A stretch of 64,000 nucleotides of DNA from contig CAVTRN010000002.1 in the NCBI GenBank assembly GCA_963737155.1, positions 1,088,001-1,152,000 of the forward strand. The letters run 5' to 3'. Each line of letters starts with the position of its first letter. Position 1 is the stretch's first letter. The translations under genes were made by a program, and so were the position numbers. The notes below the pieces were generated by a model. It was not told the DNA's origin, did not search any database, and saw nothing but the letters and a program-made list of their open reading frames with translations. This stretch comes from Nitrospirota bacterium. GTDB lineage: Bacteria > Nitrospirota > UBA9217. Positions 63,067 through 64,000 of the stretch are shown in pieces.

Positions 63067-63633
63067 ATGCAAAACATTGACGTGAACAACAAACACGACG
63101 ATGCAACAATATCGGGTGGACCGGACGAGGTGCTGGATGTAAAGCCCGCTGATTACCTGAAGGCGGTGAAAACCAATCTGCGGAATGGCAAACAGAAGGA
63201 GGCTTTTGTCCTGTTGCAACAAGCTGCGGTGCGGTTCCCCGACGAGCCTCTTATTCTTTCTTATTATGGCTGTTTTCAGGCTCTGGTGGACAAGAAGTAC
63301 CGGAGTGGTGTGGAAACCTGCAAAAAAGCGATTGCCATGCTCAGGCAAAAAGGGGCTTTTGAGGAAGATCTGCTCTTTCCGGTGTTTTATCTCAATCTCG
63401 GCAGGGCCTATATGTCGGCGGGAAAGAAGCCTGACGCAATCGAGGCATATACAAAAGGGATGAAGTACGACTGCAGTAACGGCGATCTTCTTAGGGAATT
63501 GCGAGGTTTGGGAATACGACAAGCGCCTCCTGTTCCCTGTCTCGATCGATCTAACCCTATCAATAAATATATCGGCTTGATCCTTCGGGCGGTGGTGAAA
63601 AATACCGGGAAAGCGAATAGGAAACGTGCTTAA
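63067..63633 (+). CDS. Tetratricopeptide repeat protein
   Basis: LSYYG, C.KAI, FYLNLGRAY..AGKK..AI, followed by G.RQAPPVPCLDRSNPINKY.G. Confidence 0.8.
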   Translation: MQNIDVNNKHDDATISGGPDEVLDVKPADYLKAVKTNLRNGKQKEAFVLLQQAAVRFPDEPLILSYYGCFQALVDKKYRSGVETCKKAIAMLRQKGAFEEDLLFPVFYLNLGRAYMSAGKKPDAIEAYTKGMKYDCSNGDLLRELRGLGIRQAPPVPCLDRSNPINKYIGLILRAVVKNTGKANRKRA

Positions 63634-63913
63634 AGGTAGGAAATATCGAGAGGCTGTTCAGCTCAGGCGCTGTCAGAATAGATTGCGGTTGCCTTTTTTT
63701 GCGCTCAATGACTTGCTGCTTACCGTTCCTGAATCCTTAGTATTTTATTTCCATATATTATGAGGGCAGCCGAACCCTGCTCCAAATAGCTGTTCCAGAG
63801 TTTTGTTGCGGAGAAACCAAGTAAACTGAGCAAAAAGGCAGTGCTGTCGTCATTGACTAATTCTTTACCGACAACGGTTATTGTTTGGATCTCCGTATCT
63901 TTAGTGGGCTTAA

Positions 63914-63962
63914 CCTATATCCCCGCCCTGAGGAGATGGGGTTTTACGGTGCATAAGGATAA
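63914..63962. mobile_element. IS200/IS605-family end hairpin remnant (no transposase)
   Basis: CCTATATCCCCGCCCTGAGGAGATGGGGTTTTACGGTGC..GGATAA resembles the CCCCGCCCTGAAGGGCGGGG subterminal palindrome. Confidence 0.55.
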
Positions 63963-64000
63963 AAAAAGACCGTCGACTAAAGCATTCGCCGGTCATCGAT

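Overview
Chromosomal window from an anaerobic sulfur-metabolising bacterium, most likely Nitrospirota (Thermodesulfovibrionia-like; inferred from gene content and order, not from a search). The centre (19.9-32.3 kb) is a large dissimilatory sulfite reductase cluster: dsrA-B-D-N, a Zn-ribbon-like ORF, dsrC, a ferredoxin, a dsrH-dsrE-dsrF-like trio, dsrT-M-K-J-O-P and a second ferredoxin. It combines the reductive marker dsrD with DsrEFH-like sulfur relay genes in a non-canonical order and has no dsrL. Its two ~80% identical ferredoxins differ by a Cys->Asp cluster ligand, and dsrA has both sigma54- and sigma70-like promoters plus a possibly switchable 5' leader. The flanks are mainly housekeeping genes (rodZ, copA, pepA, uvrB/C, suhB-like, mglA-like, ispDF, cysE, nfeD-slipin, rsmD, coaD, iscR-iscS-iscU-tusA, yhaM, ftsY, zapA, 6S RNA, rarA, rny, ymdB, xseA, HEAT/HD-GYP pair, hrpB, thrC-metB). 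The spacers hold a 5'-truncated group IIC intron remnant, several pseudogene fragments, an IS200/IS605-like end, a symmetric repeat element and an unidentified structured-RNA candidate upstream of ftsY. Several genes look leaderless. No rRNA, tRNA or CRISPR array was seen. All calls come from motif recognition by eye.
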